Source of the DNA: Vicugna vicugna
Taxonomy: Eukaryota
Assembly: GCA_013265495.1 (NCBI GenBank)
Contig: MU059953.1
Coordinates: forward strand, 4,860,501-4,924,500
Direction of reading: 5' to 3'
Length of the DNA stretch: 64,000 nt
The position numbers and the translations under genes were made by a program. Positions 41,859 to 54,887 of this stretch are shown piece by piece. Positions within the stretch are counted from its first letter, which is position 1. Each line of letters starts with the position of its first letter. A model generated the notes under the pieces. It saw only the letters and a list, made by a program, of their open reading frames with translations. It did not search any database and was not told where the DNA came from.

Positions 41859-42699
41859 ACAAAAAAATTCATTTCAATTCCACTTTAATCTGACCTATCC
41901 AAAATTAATTTTAGATGAAAATTCTTGACAGAAGGAAATAGATTATCTTATCTAATGGTATAAACATGGAATTGGTGCCCTCGCAGCACAAAATCACTAA
42001 GCAATATAAAACCCAGAAAGCTGGGAACAGTTAAGGGATGCTCTCCCCAAACCCCATCACCAGGAAGATGACAACCACTGAGTTCCTACAGTAGGGAAGG
42101 GCCTGGCCGGCCAGGCGCCTCCGAGGCTGGGGGTGCTTCGGTCTATGAAGGGCATTCCTTAATTATTCCCAGCCTTCTGGATTTTCTATTGCTTAGTCTC
42201 TGACCACCACACCCGTCCACCCCCACATGCAGGGGCACTGTCCCTCGCCACCCCCCAGAGAAGCTCCACGCTGAGGCCAGGAGCTGGGTGCCAGCCCAAA
42301 ACAGGGGCAGCGGAAGCTGATACACCAGGGACTGCAGTGTGGGGAACAGGTGTGTCCCCGGGAAGGAGTTGAGAGGGTGCCCCAGTAAAGGGTCTGGCCG
42401 AGAGAAAGGACAACAGGTCCTGGCATGTGGGACACTAGGAAGTGACCAGGCCCCAGCCCCTCACCTGGCCAGAGAGACAGTCAGTCAATATGCCCGCCCA
42501 GCTTGTCGGAGACTCACTCAGATCTGGGCAGACGTTTAGGAAAACCTCTAACGTGAGAACAGGACAGCAAACCACAAGAGAGGCTGCCAGCACAGCCTTC
42601 ACTTGTTTGCTGTCTGCTGCCCCTCGCTCACCCCCGAAAACGCAAGGGTGTTTACGTGGCTCTCCACGGTCCCCCGGGAACCCAGAACAGCACCGGGAA

Positions 42700-43630
42700 G
42701 AGGCGGCTGATAGAGATGCTGCAGGAGAGGGGGGAGGAGGGCGCGGACGAGGACGAGGGAGGGCTTGGCACCGCTCACCAGCCCCATAACCATCAGGACT
42801 GCCTCCAAAGCTGGAGCCACCGCAGCACAGACAGATGCCATTACTTGGCTGAGGTGCTGCAGACCGGGCTGAATGTGGGACACAAAAGAAAGAGGACGCA
42901 GGGTGATGGGGGCTTCTGAAGGTGGAGGAACCACTGAGTCCAGGCGAAGGCATGGGGGAAGCAGGTTTTCGGGGGAAGATGAAGAGTCTGGTTCCAGACA
43001 CATCCAGTCTTGAGATGCCTGTTAACACCCAGGTGGGGATCCAGAACTCGCAGCTGGCCCTGGGATCGGCTGGAGCTGGACATCTGAATGGCAGCTGCGT
43101 CAGGATGGTCCTCTGACCTAGGATGGGATGGAACCAGTGGGATCAACAAGGATGAGGAACGAATCAACAAGAATGAGGAGCCATCAGAAGATGAGCCTGT
43201 GTCCCCAACACTGAGACACAGGACAGATGAAAACCTGTCCAGGGGCCTGATGACAAGTGACTGGGGCAGCGGGCAGGTACCGGGACTGTTCGATCCCGGG
43301 ACAAGGAGCTTCTAGAAGAGGGTGGTCTGTTGGGTCAATGCTGGTGAGAGGCCACCAAGATGACAACTGGGACGTGGCAGTGTGACTTTTGGCAATAAGG
43401 GGACCTACTGGTGACATGAAAATAGAGACTGCTGGTAACCAGGGAAAGCTAGCTACCTGTAAGATGCTGTGGACCGACCAGGAGGGGGACACCAGCTCAT
43501 CTCACCAGGAAACGAGTGGTGGACAGTGCTGAACACCAACGTCAACCTCATGGAGTCTGGAGGGGGTGAGGGCTCAAGGTGGGTGGCGTGCAGGGAGCAG
43601 AGAGAGGAAGTGCCAGCCACCTGGACCCAC
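42700..43630 (-). mobile_element. LINE2 (L2) fragment
   Basis: Purine-rich plus strand: gggctgaatgtgggacacaaaag, gaagcaggttttcgggggaagatgaagagtctgg, gagatgcctgttaacacccaggtgg and tcaatgctggtgagaggccaccaagatg are typical reverse-strand L2 blocks. Confidence 0.75.
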
Positions 43631-43660
43631 TCTTCTGTCTCTGCATCAGTAACACCGAAC

Positions 43661-43793
43661 GGGGTGGGGGTGTAGCTCAGGGGTAGAGCGCGTGCTTAGC
43701 ATGCACGAGGTCCTGGGGTCAACCCCAACACCGCCATTAAGTAAGTAAATGAATAAACCTAAGTACCTTCCTCCAAAACAAAACGAAAATAAA
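43661..43793 (+). mobile_element. tRNA-Ala(AGC)-derived SINE, camelid Vic-1 type
   Basis: The head (43666-43736) resembles tRNA-Ala-AGC (gggggtgtagctcag...cgtgcttagcatgcacgagg) with a damaged B box. It is followed by the tail taaatgaataaacctaagtaccttcctcc and an A-rich end. Confidence 0.85.
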
Positions 43794-44169
43794 CAGCACT
43801 GAGGGCAGGGACACCAGGAGGCACCTCCGCAGAAACTGCCAGCGCTCTCTCCAGGTCTCCTTGCCCCTGTCCCACCAACCAGCAGAACGAGAACAAGAGC
43901 CCCAGGCCAGCCCGGCCACCCTCGGCAGCCGGAGCACCGGCTGGCCGGCCGGCGGTCAGAGTCCGCAGCCCTCGGGTCATCAGACGTCACCGTGAATAAA
44001 TAAAAGTGGGGCTTTTCCTCTCTGGAAAGCGGTCTGGGGACATGCACGGAAATCCCTCAATAAATATTTGTACCTTTGACTCCACTCATAAAAGTGATAG
44101 TAATTCCGTATCACACACCTGGTTTATTTTAAATACACAACTCTAACTGTTTAAAAGGTCAAATACATA

Positions 44170-44285
44170 AACTCTGAAGTAATGTAAGCTTACCCTCTGC
44201 ATAGTGTGTACACTTTAGTTAGCACCGTAATGCGCACAGTGTCACCCTGGCAATCCTGCGAACATTTCCCATCTCACTGAAGGCA
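44170..44285 (-). mobile_element. Short L1M 3' end fragment
   Basis: gtgtgtacactttag...gaacatttcccatctcactgaagg resembles a reverse-complemented L1M 3' terminus. Confidence 0.4.
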
Positions 44286-45509
44286 AAAATAGACATATAT
44301 GTTGAGAGACATACACACACGTACATACATATGTAATATTTATGGTGGAAATTCCATTCAAGAACAAAAATGGAATGTCCTCATTTATTTTCCTAGAGGA
44401 AGAAAGAAAAAGGAAAGTTGGAAAGTTTCCCACACACAAGGGCTCTGGAGGACGGGGTTTTAACCCCATGGCCCTGAGAACATGAGGTAAATGCCGTCTG
44501 CCGGGCACTCACCTCTGCTTGCCACGGGCGCCCAGACGCGGTGCCCTAACAGCCACCCTGGCCGTGCCCTAGCCCCCGAGGGGTCAGCCCGTCCCAGGAG
44601 GGCAGGCTTGCCTACTCTGGTTTTTAAATTTTGTGCTAGGCTGAACATTCATGGTGTGAGCATGTGGCAGCTTCCCTTTGTACGCAGTGTCCTTTAGGAA
44701 ACACAGAGTCCGCAGGTCTCCCTCCGGGGTGATGTGTCCCAGCGTGACACCGTCTTCGTCCTGCCCTCAAACACAGTCCCCTTGGGATGACCTGCTCCGA
44801 CCGGGGCCCAGGTGAGAAAGGGCTGCATCACAGCGGCCCCCGCCCCAGGAGGAGGCAGCCTGGAGGGCCCCGGCCGCGACCGTCCCCCCTGGGAGCTCAG
44901 CACTTGGACAGCACTGCCCCGGAGAGAAGCGACACCTCCTGATGTCGGCGCCGCCCGTGGGAAGGCGGCCACCCTGCCCTCCACCTGCCTCACTCGGCGT
45001 CCCCTCGGCAGGTGCAGAACCGCACGTGAAGGAACTGGGCACCCAGATCTTCAACAGCTTCTAAACGCCACAGTCCCTGGTTTGGCAGAAGACAAGTAGG
45101 CAGCAAGAGACGTGCTTCAACAAGGATTTGGTTTCATGTCATGTTCCCTCCTCCCAGCATCTAATCCCCGAGGGTGGCTCACTGAACCCTCTCCTTGTAA
45201 AAACAGAACCCCCTCGGCCACCCTGAGGACTTGGGGGCAACCACCAGACACTCTACGGCCCCAGGGCCACAGCAGAGACCAGGTGTGTCCTCAGCCAAGG
45301 TCACCGGCCTCAGAGCAGGGGGCAGAACGTGCCTGTGCGGGGGCCCTGGTGGCAGAGCCAAGCCCAGCGCCCGCAGGTGGAGGGCCTCCAGGAGGCGGCA
45401 GCATCACTCGGAAGAGCGAGGGATCCTGTACTCCCTTCAGTGAGGACCAAACCGATGGGAGCTTTGTACCTTAATTTTAGACACCTTGAAGTTAACCTAA
45501 AACTCCTTG

Positions 45510-46950
45510 CATCTTAAAAGGAAAGTAATAGAACAAACCAAGATGTAGGGGAAAAACTTACTGTATTCATTTTCTTGCTTTTCCTAGTGATACACCAGCA
45601 GCATTTTAAGGTTAATAAGTCAGTAAATGGAGGATGGTAAGTATACGATTTACATGCTATAAAGAGAACCCCCAGAACTAAAAACAACACTGTGACTGAC
45701 AAACTCAGAAAGCGAAAACGAGAAAGGAGGCCGGAGAAGTGACAGTGCGCTGGCAGCAATCCAGTCTCTCTGGGGTGTCCACAAACGCTGCCTACAGCCG
45801 CCAGAGCAAGAAGCAGTCGTTTAGCTAAGTACACGTGCTTTTAAGTGGTCCCGTGATGAGGTCTGGAGAGAGGACACAGCCTTCCGAGTGACCAGGACAA
45901 CACACCTTCTCACACGGACCCAAAGAAAAGGCCAGAAAACCCACGAATGAGAAGCAAAGCCAGAAGCTTTCAGCATAGAAGCCAGGACATGAAAACTGGA
46001 TGAAAAGCGTAGAAATAAGTAGATCCGTTGTGTCACTGAATGCAAACGGCATCTACTCGCACAAAAATGGTCAGATTCGGTGAAAAAAAAAAAAATAAAC
46101 AATGTGTCGTCCACATAGACAACGCCCAGAACACAACGGGCTAATAGCAACTGGAAGAAATCTGAGGTCAGAAGATCAGCATCACAGAGATTAAACCTAA
46201 ACAAATGCCAGACACTGATAAGGCCCATTTCACGTGTGCATCAGGTTCACAATTTACCACGAGACAAGTGTGTCCTGGAGATGTGCACCTTTTGGCAAAA
46301 GACAGAACACAGAGAATGCAGAAGAAGAACCGACCAGAGAGGCGGAGCTGGCGGTGGGTATGAACTTGCCGTGGCACGCTTGTGACACACGCTCGTGCAG
46401 GGTCTGAACAATACGACCAACACTTCAGCTGAGCTGTGCTGCAAACTCTGCACAGCCAAAGAATTGGTGCCTTCCTTTTCAAACCTCCACAAAACACTGA
46501 CAGAACATCAATGCCACACTGACACAGAAAACGTCCTGGTACACACACACACACACAACACGTGGGCCGTAACCCCTGCGACAGAATTGGAAATTAATCA
46601 AACAAGAAGAAAAGCAAAAATCCAACCATAGGAAAACTGAACACTCTTCTCTTAAATACTCCAAATCCAAAATGAAAATGGAGAAAATTTATAAAGATAA
46701 GGAACACCTCACACATCGAAAATTTCAGGAACTGGTGAAGTTGAGCTCAGAGTGTAATTCATAGTCTTACGCACTGAAGTAATTAAAAAAAGGAACCGAA
46801 ACAAATAAATTGAGCATTGGACTCAAAGAGTCAGAAAAAGAACTCAGTTAAATCATACATTGCTCAAGAGAAAAGAGGAAGAGGATAGTGAAGGGGAAAG
46901 AAACTGAAGGACTTACTGATTCAGGAAATAGAAAACCAGCAGGACTGATA
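45510..46950 (+). mobile_element. Degraded L1M, ORF1/ORF2 junction and endonuclease region
   Basis: cactgaatgcaaacggcatc...gtcagattcggtgaaaaaaa resembles the ORF2 start, followed by A-rich ORF2-like blocks. No intact ORF. Confidence 0.65.
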
Positions 46951-48141
46951 AAACCCGCAACGTGGACAGAGCCTGCGGTGCCCGCTAGGGGGAGGGCAAA
47001 ATCGCGGGGGTGACAGTTGAAGGCGGCTTTCAGGAACCAGCCTGCGCAGTAAAAACAAACCGAAACAACCGTTTCATCGTAAAACCCTCAAAGACACACA
47101 GCGTCAGCGAGCAGCCTCGTGACACCCGTGGGTCCAGCTTGAATGACTGGCAACACTGTTTCACGTCTTAACATCCTTTTTTTTTATTTGAGAACAAAAT
47201 GTCTCAACTTAAACTGATAAAAGATGGAAAAGAATGAGTCATTTTTTAAAAAAGCAGATTTTTTTCAGTGACATTAGGAAGTGAAAAACTAAGCAGCGAT
47301 TCCGGGAAGCGGCGCGGCAGCCCGGAGCGGTCCCCGCCGCCGCCCTGGCCCCCGCCCAGCTGCGCCGCGGCGCGTGCCGAGCGCGGCGTCCGGGAAGCCT
47401 CACAACAGCTATTTCCACGCACGCTGACACTGAAAGGGCTGCCTGAAATTTGCGGTGAACTCCAAAATCTCATTTCCAGCCAAACTCTTCCTTGGTGGAG
47501 GGCTGCCTGTCCCACCCGCCCACCTGGGCTCTCTCTCCTGGTGCACGTTTTTTCCCAAAGATCCTATTAAAGGACGAACTGAAACTACTGAAGCTGTTAG
47601 AACGAACTTCCAAGAGACAAGATTTTCCTTAACGGACAGCTGCAAGGGCTTTCTCTTCAGAGCGATGCCCTGTGTCAGCAACGCAGAAGCATTCCCAGTC
47701 CAATTCTCCCGAAAATAAAATGACTTAAATGCCAGCGTGGCTGTACTGGGGCAGCCCTCCGAAACCCCTCCGATCCAGGCGGTTCCAGAGGACGCCACCG
47801 GCCACGTGGATTCTGGTTCGGAAGCAGAGCCAGCATCTCCCTGCAGTTGTCCTGGCCTTCCCGAAGCTGGTGATGCTATTGCCGTGGAATCCAGTGCACG
47901 TAAACCCCTGTGCACTGGCCCCCCGGCCAGGGTTCTGTCTGCAGGCGGCAAAACCGTCTGCCCTTCTGTGCTCTGTGACTTTGCGATGAAGCCAGTGTTG
48001 GCTCCCCTTCCCCCCTCCCTGTTTCAGAACTCTCCTTAAAGCGCTTTAGAAAATCCTTTGAATGTTTCTAATTTGCTCTGGATCCCCCAAGAAGAAAAAC
48101 TGTCTTCTGGAAATATTTGCAAGCTCAAATTGAGCAAGAGC

Positions 48142-48221
48142 TGTAAATAAAAACCTGGCAGGCAGTTGGGAACTTGGCTTCCAAGAAGTGCACAAATCTG
48201 CTTCCGGGAAACTATAAATAG
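48142..48221. promoter_or_regulatory. Candidate enhancer: FOX, E-box, two GAS and MEF2 motifs in 80 nt
   Basis: TGTAAATA 48142-48149, CAGTTG 48163-48168, TTCCAAGAA 48179-48187, TTCCGGGAA 48202-48210 and CTATAAATAG 48212-48221. Motif match only. Confidence 0.35.
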
Positions 48222-48498
48222 AAGCAGGCCTGCCCAGTGCAAACAACAGTGAGACGTGCTCTAAGTTCTCACATGGAAAGGCAGCCACCAAAGGCGAACG
48301 TGACCTCCAGGAAGAGCGCTCGACAGAGCAACCCATCCAAGACTCTGCTGTCATCATCTCACCAACAGGTGTCATAATGTTACAAACAGGATAAGAACTC
48401 TAAGATTATACAGTTACAATGCAAAGGCAATGGAGCAGAAACAACAACAAAACCGCCAAAGGTTGATCGCTGAGCACTTATTAAAAGAGCCTCTCTTA

Positions 48499-49211
48499 GA
48501 TTCCTCAAAACACTAGACCCACCATGTGACCCAGCAGTCCCTCCCCTGGGAATATATCTGGAGGAAACTGTAATTCAGAAAATCACCTGCACCCCAGCGT
48601 CCACAGGAACACTACTTATATAATACGAGACATGGAAACAGCCTAAACGCCCACTGACAGAGGACTGGATAAAGAAGTTGTGGCATATTTATGTAATGGA
48701 ATACTACTCAGCTATAAAAAATAATAAAATAATGCCATTTGCTGCAACATGGATGGACCTAGAGATCGTCATTCTACGTGAAGTAAGCCAGACAGAGAGA
48801 GACAAATACCATATGATATCACTTACATGTGGAATCTAAAAAATTGAGACAAATGAACTTATTTACAAAACAGAAAGAGACTCTCAGACACAGAAAATAA
48901 ATTTCTGGTTACCAGGGGGAAAGTGGGGAGGGAGGGATAAATTAGGAGTTTGGAATTAACAGATACACACTACTATGTATAAAATAGGTAAACAACTAGG
49001 ACCTACTGTACAGCACAGGGAACTGTGTTCAATTTCTTGTAATAACCTATAGTTTTCAGAAAAGAATCTGAAAAAATACGTATGTATGTAAGTATCTGCA
49101 CAACTAAATCGCTTTGCTGCACACCTGAAACGAACACTGTAAATCAACTGCATGTCAATGCAAAATAGTTTAAAATGAATAAACTTTGAAGAACCCTAAA
49201 AAATAAAAAAG
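48499..49211 (+). mobile_element. Relatively young 5'-truncated L1 (camelid-like 3' end), antisense to HDAC4
   Basis: Well preserved: atggaatactactcagctataaaaa...atgccatttgctgcaacatggatggacctagag...gtggaatctaaaaaa...ggacctactgtacagcacagggaact, then an A-rich tail. Confidence 0.92.
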
Positions 49212-50479
49212 AATAGAAGTGCCTCCCTTGTATTATCTCCTTTACTCCCCGCAGTCCCACACTGTGGCCCCAGGGTGACAGGGCACACAGAGGGGGACCC
49301 CAGGCTGGAGAGTTCTCAGCGGATCAGCAGGATGACACCTGGATTCAAATCCAGCCACACCTCCTGGAGCCCCTGTGCCCTCGCAGCCCCGCCGCCCTCA
49401 CCCCAGCAGCAACCGCTCGTTACGCTCTGAAAGCCATTCTGAGTGCCCTACACCCAGTGGATAAAAACACTTCATCTGAAAATTAAAAACAGTTGCACGA
49501 ACCTGCTCTGCGGTTCAGTCTTTGCCATTTCAGTTACACGAGGTCAAGTTTACGTAACAGAAGAAGAACGCATTTCAGAGCTTCCTTCTCGGCAACCTCC
49601 AAACGTTTGGCTCTGTATCTCACCCAACAGCGGGGCTGCAGTAGGAACCGGTGTTACTTAAGAGTAACAGTTGAAATATTTAAAAATAGAAGGTGTTTCT
49701 TCCACTTGGCGGAGGAGGAGGGAGGGCAGCAGGGGGCGCCTGAGGCAGGGCTGCACTCCTCGGGGCGAGCCAGCCTCCTCGGGCACGGGGCGGGGAGGGA
49801 GGCAGGCCTCCTGGCAGCCATGAGCGCTCCCCCCTGGGCTTTCTGGAAACCAGCATGCCTGAGCTGGGCCTCAAATGCCCAGCAAGGAAGGTAGCCTCCT
49901 TCAGGGGCTTTGTGGGCCAATCGGGACAGGGGCAGGGGGGAGACGGACAATCCAACAGGCCATTGGAAATGTGGGATTTTAGCGTGTGTTGAGGGCAGGT
50001 TAGGTTCAGACTTTAGTGTGAACCTGGGACGCTAGTCAAAGATCCACCCACTGGGTCTATGTGCAGGGAAGCTGGGAAATGGGGTTCCTCCTGCAGCTGC
50101 TCACACAGGTTGTGGGGTGAAGGAAAAATGACCTGTTATCATCATTCCTGCCATCACTGCGGCCACCAGCAGCGATCCAGCGTGGTGACCCTGAGCTCTC
50201 CCACTTAAGGCGGCGGGCAGCCTGCTCCTGCATGGGGACACATGCTCACCACAAAGCAAGGACCCTGGTTTGGATGACTACACTGCGAGCATCACCTGGT
50301 GGATGTGCTGGAAACCCTGCAAACGCTGCCTATGAAACAGTGTTACAAACACCATGCAGGATAAATACACGGTGCGCGGAGAGCCCCCTGCCCCAGCCCC
50401 GGGAGATCTCATGTCCATACTGCTCATCCTCCTGCGCTGGGCTCAGAGCCTGACTTTGCCACTACCCACACGTCCAACA

Positions 50480-51170
50480 CTGGCCCTCACCTTTCCCCAG
50501 GCCGGCTTCGCCCCTCTTCCCCACCTCAATTCACAGCATCTCCACCACCAGGATGCTCAAAGCCGCCACCCTGGAGTAACTCTCCACTCCTCTGCCTCCT
50601 TCACTGCCCACCCACCACCTTGGTAGATCCCACCTGCTTCCAAATACACCTAGATCTGAACACGCCACCACGGCCGCCGTCCCTACGCCGGCTGAGCCAG
50701 GCCCCTGCCCCCCACCCAGGGGCCACCGCGGTCATTCCCTGCGGCTCAGTGACGGTGGTGTCCCTCCTCTACCACAGGTGACAGGAGCAGCCCAGGAAGG
50801 CAGGTTCTCCTCCCCTGTCTCTCCCTCCCCCCCACCTCCTCTCCTGACCTGACAGGTGCCCGGCTCGCCCACCTTGCACCTCTGCTCTCTCCCCCCCCCA
50901 GTCCCCCCCACAGCTGTCTGCCCCCACCACGTCCCCTCGCCAGGCCGACCCGACCCCGCCTGGAAGATCACCAGCCTCTCCACTGCGGAGCCCCCTCCTC
51001 ACCACACAGTTTACTAACTGTAGTTACTGCCGGTCCTCTCCTACCGCAGTATAATATGAGCTCCACAAACACAGGCATCTTGGCTTTTCCATCAACATGC
51101 GAATCCCAGGTGCCAACAGCAGTGATTGGCACCAGAAGCCCAGTCACTGTGGACGGAGCCCGAGGCCATC
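50480..51170 (+). mobile_element. L2 3' fragments
   Basis: cttccaaatacacctagatctgaacacgccacc and ataatatgagctccac...atcccaggtgccaacagcagtgattggcac resemble the L2 3' end. Confidence 0.45.
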
Positions 51171-51339
51171 CTGGACCACGTGATTTAGCGCCGCAGACAC
51201 GCACCCCACAGGGAACTTAACTCGTCTGTCCTCAGTTGCTACTTTTTCTCGACAGCATTCATCACCTTCTGGCACCTTCCAATGTCCTAGCTAATTCTCT
51301 ACCCCCAAGCTTGCCTTCATGAGCGTATCTGGACTCCTG

Positions 51340-51870
51340 CCCCCACAAGTAGTGAATATAACTCTTCTAAAGTCCACGTGGGCAAGTCAAAAACTGACCA
51401 TACGGCAAGTCTCAAAAAAGGTCAAAGGCTCAGAAATTTCTAGCCACAACACCGTGTAACAAAAATCAGTAACAAAAAGATGACGTGAAAAACCTCGTAC
51501 TTCCAGGTGAAAAACACTTCTAAACATCTCATTTTTTCAAAGAAAAAAGAAGCAGGGAACACATTTTAAAGAGGCTACAAATTAACTGCTCTAACCTAGA
51601 ACTTGACCACCACCAACCAGAGCTCAGCAAGGCAGCTCCAGTGGTACCAGAGAAACACGGGGCCTCACACGCTTCCGTCAAAAGGAAGGAAGGGCAAAGG
51701 TTAATGTGCTGAATGTCCAACCCAAGCATTTAGAACAAGAACACTAAGCCACCCCCTGAAGGCAGAATAAAGAACAGGAGCGAATGGAGCAGAAACTAGA
51801 CGCACAGGAGTGTCACCAGAGCTGATGAAACAGGCACGGTTTCAGACTTCGACCGACAAGACCGACAGCG
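51340..51870 (+). mobile_element. Degraded L1M ORF2 fragment
   Basis: gaatataactcttctaaagtccacgtgg...gcaagtctcaaaaaagg...aaaaacacttctaaaca is colinear with L1 ORF2. Confidence 0.55.
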
Positions 51871-54800
51871 TGCTCCCTGCCCCGGCGACACGGGGTCTGC
51901 ATGTTCCCCGCGCCCCCCCGGAAACACTGGGTGGGGGTGGCTCGGAGAAAGGTGGACGAGGACACCTGCGGGACACGGCGGCTCCCCCCGCACCACGGGC
52001 CTCCCGAGGCTGGCCACACACCGGGTGCTCAGTGGGCATTTGTGGGACCAAAAGGAGCGCCAGCCCCTTCCCCTCGGGCTCCTGAACCACCGGTGAGCCT
52101 CCTCTGCTTCTGCCCGTCTGTCCCGCTGGGCACCCACTACCCAAGGACCCTGGTCCAACCCTGGGCCCGCTGGAGTGCTCAGAACCCAGGCCACTAGCAA
52201 GCCGGAGGGCCTGGGCCCGGACGGTACACAATGCCGAGAGACTCCAGAAATGGAAACTCTCCTCAAAGACAGCACTTCATCCTCCCAGAGGGCAGGCTGG
52301 CAGTGGGGCTGAAGTGTTACCGGGTGTTAAACTGTGACCGTGTTCTCAGTCAAACCACGGAACACAGACCAGAGGTAACAAGCGTGGCCCCAGGACCCTG
52401 GCCGAATGTGCTTCTAGACACTTTGAAGGGGTTTGCAGACTCCGGATACACCACGTGCACATGCCACAGCCCTGAGTACAGAACCAGAGGCTGGTAATGG
52501 AAGACAGAAAAAGACAGAAAGTGCTTCTTCTGCAAGTGGGGTCCTCATGCACCAACACCTTCCCGCATCAGTGCCGCGTCTGGTGCACAGCAGAGCAAAA
52601 TCCTGAGTTGGGGAAAAGCCGGTTTTTCTGCCTAATAACCACCTTCCAGTCCCGCATGAGGACACTCGGGGTCGGCAGATGTGGATTTTTTTTATTAACT
52701 CACACCAACCGAATTGCAGAGAAAACACAAATGAGGGAGAACCAAGTTCTGGGAGTTAGAAAAGACACGGGTGGTTAACAGGCACCTGCCTCATCAGTGA
52801 CAAGAAACCGAATCAGAGCCTCGTGGGGCTGAGAGCCTCAGCTCGAGGGCCCCCGACGCAGGAGAAGGACCTGCTCAGGAGCACAGTCACCTGACCCCGG
52901 CCCCACAGCTGAAGGGGCCCCGACCCATCTTCCTCCCCAGGATGCGGGCGGCCTGGCCACGCCTCCCAGCAAGTCACAGAGCTGACTAGCCCCAGGGAGA
53001 TGTGCGAGAGCAGGGCGGGGAGCCCTGGCTGCCAGGATGCCCTGTGACAAAGACGGCAGGGTCACTAGACGGGCCAGAAAGCCTGGCATCACGGGAGGCG
53101 GAGCCCCGACAACACGGCCGAGGTGGGAACCCACTGCCCCAGGGGGAAGGAGGCCACCAGCACTGAGGTCCGGAGTGAAGCGCAGACCTGCCACCAGGCA
53201 GCGATTAGGGCGGAAGGCGGACCTCGGCGGAAGGCGCCCAGGCCTCGGGATCCGGCAGGAGAGGTGTTTCCAGGCTCCAGACATCTCTCCCTGCTGAGTG
53301 AAAAAGCCAGGGAAACCAAGGAAGGAGACAGGAGGAAGGCGGAGAGGCGGAATCGAGAAGCGGCCCGAGAAGTGAGGACAGGAGCAGGGGTGAGTGTCCC
53401 TTCTCTCCAAACCAGCCAGCCCCCGCGCCTGGCGCACTCGGAAGCCCAGGGGGCATGGCGAGAGCGGTGTCACCGTCACCAGCGGAGGCGAGGCTGCAGG
53501 AGCCACACGGCTCCCAGAATCTGGGCCTCGCAATCAACTGTTAAGGCCAAAGACAGGGAGCGACACGGGGACTGACGCGGGACCGGGGCTGGATCTGTTA
53601 CAGGAGGCAGAAACACGGGAGCCTGGCTTGCCTTTCCTCGGGAAACACCATCCCAAGGCACCAAATCCAAAACTTTATCCCATTAAGGACGACCTGGGGA
53701 ATTCTCCCCTTCCTGGACTCATCAGAACCGAGAAGCAGGGGCAGTGGATGGGAATCGGGCCAGGCGACAGGCCCTGGGCTCTGAAGCAGCAGCTCAGTCT
53801 CCTCTCCGGAGTGGGGTCCATGGCCCGTGTTCTGGGGGCGGCACCGCCCGGCAGGCTGAGCTCCGGAGGCTCCTGTGGACAGAAATCCCATCCACGCGCG
53901 CACCTGCGCAGCTGCCGGCGGGAGGCCAGGGCTCGCCACCATGAGTCCGCTCTCTGGGGGCCAAGGCTTGTCGGCCAGGCTCAGTGTTAAAGACGGATGT
54001 GTCGGCATTAAACATTAAGCAGGTCTGGGTGCGCAACGTCGCGAAGGGCAGACATGCCTCCAAGTCTATAAAACACGGCATTCAGGGAAACGCCCAGGCA
54101 GGTGCGAGTCCTCCGAGAGGCGATGCAGCACAACCCCGAGCACGCCTGTTGTCACGCTTTTCTCCACCACACAGGCTGGTTTTGCTTCGTTTTAAAAACC
54201 AGAGTCCTGGGGGGGCCGTCACACAGGCTTCTGGGCTGGTGGGGGGTTGGGGGGCCAGGAGGAAGCAGCAGAGCCGGGGGCTGGGACAAGTTGACTGGAG
54301 TGGACCAGTGAGTCCGGGCACAATGAAACAGAAGACGGATGGAGAGCCCAGTGGAGCCCTCCCGTGTGCTGGACGACGCCTGCCAGCCTCCCGGTCTCCT
54401 GATGCCACTGCTGCCAGCTGAGCAGCCATGTGACACCAGAGAGGCAGCCCAGGCTCAGAGGACGAGCCACCTGCTCCAGGCCACTCGGGGGCAGGCAAAT
54501 CCCGCTGCCCTGGGCCCGGCAGTAACTCAGATGGGCCCAGTCCTGATCCCACACACGCTTCTCCTAACACGGAGCGCAACGTGGGCAGGCAGGAGGGGCG
54601 CTCTCTGTAACGGGGGAGGAGGAGAGAAATGGGACAAAGACACAATGCTGTGTGTGCCACGTGCTGCTCCCGGCACCTGCCCAGGCACTGGCGCTGCCGG
54701 AGGGCGCGCACAGTCTGGTGGGAGAGGACCAGTGCTGGGGGCGGGGGTAAAGCAAGTGGCCTGCAGCCCAGGGTGCAGCTCATCACCCGGGGCCAGTCTC

Positions 54801-54887
54801 CACGCCTGCGGGCCCCAGCGCGGCGCGGGAACGGCCTGGCCCCTGAGCCAGCAAACCGAAGTCCTCTCCCTCCCGGCACTGAGCAGG

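Noticed and set aside
43666-43736. tRNA-Ala(AGC) gene
   Set aside because: The T-loop/B box is mutated, the 3' acceptor side is damaged, and a SINE tail follows directly. It is a SINE head.
52590-52730. MER21-like LTR fragment
   Set aside because: Resemblance is limited to two short motifs, which is not enough to assign.
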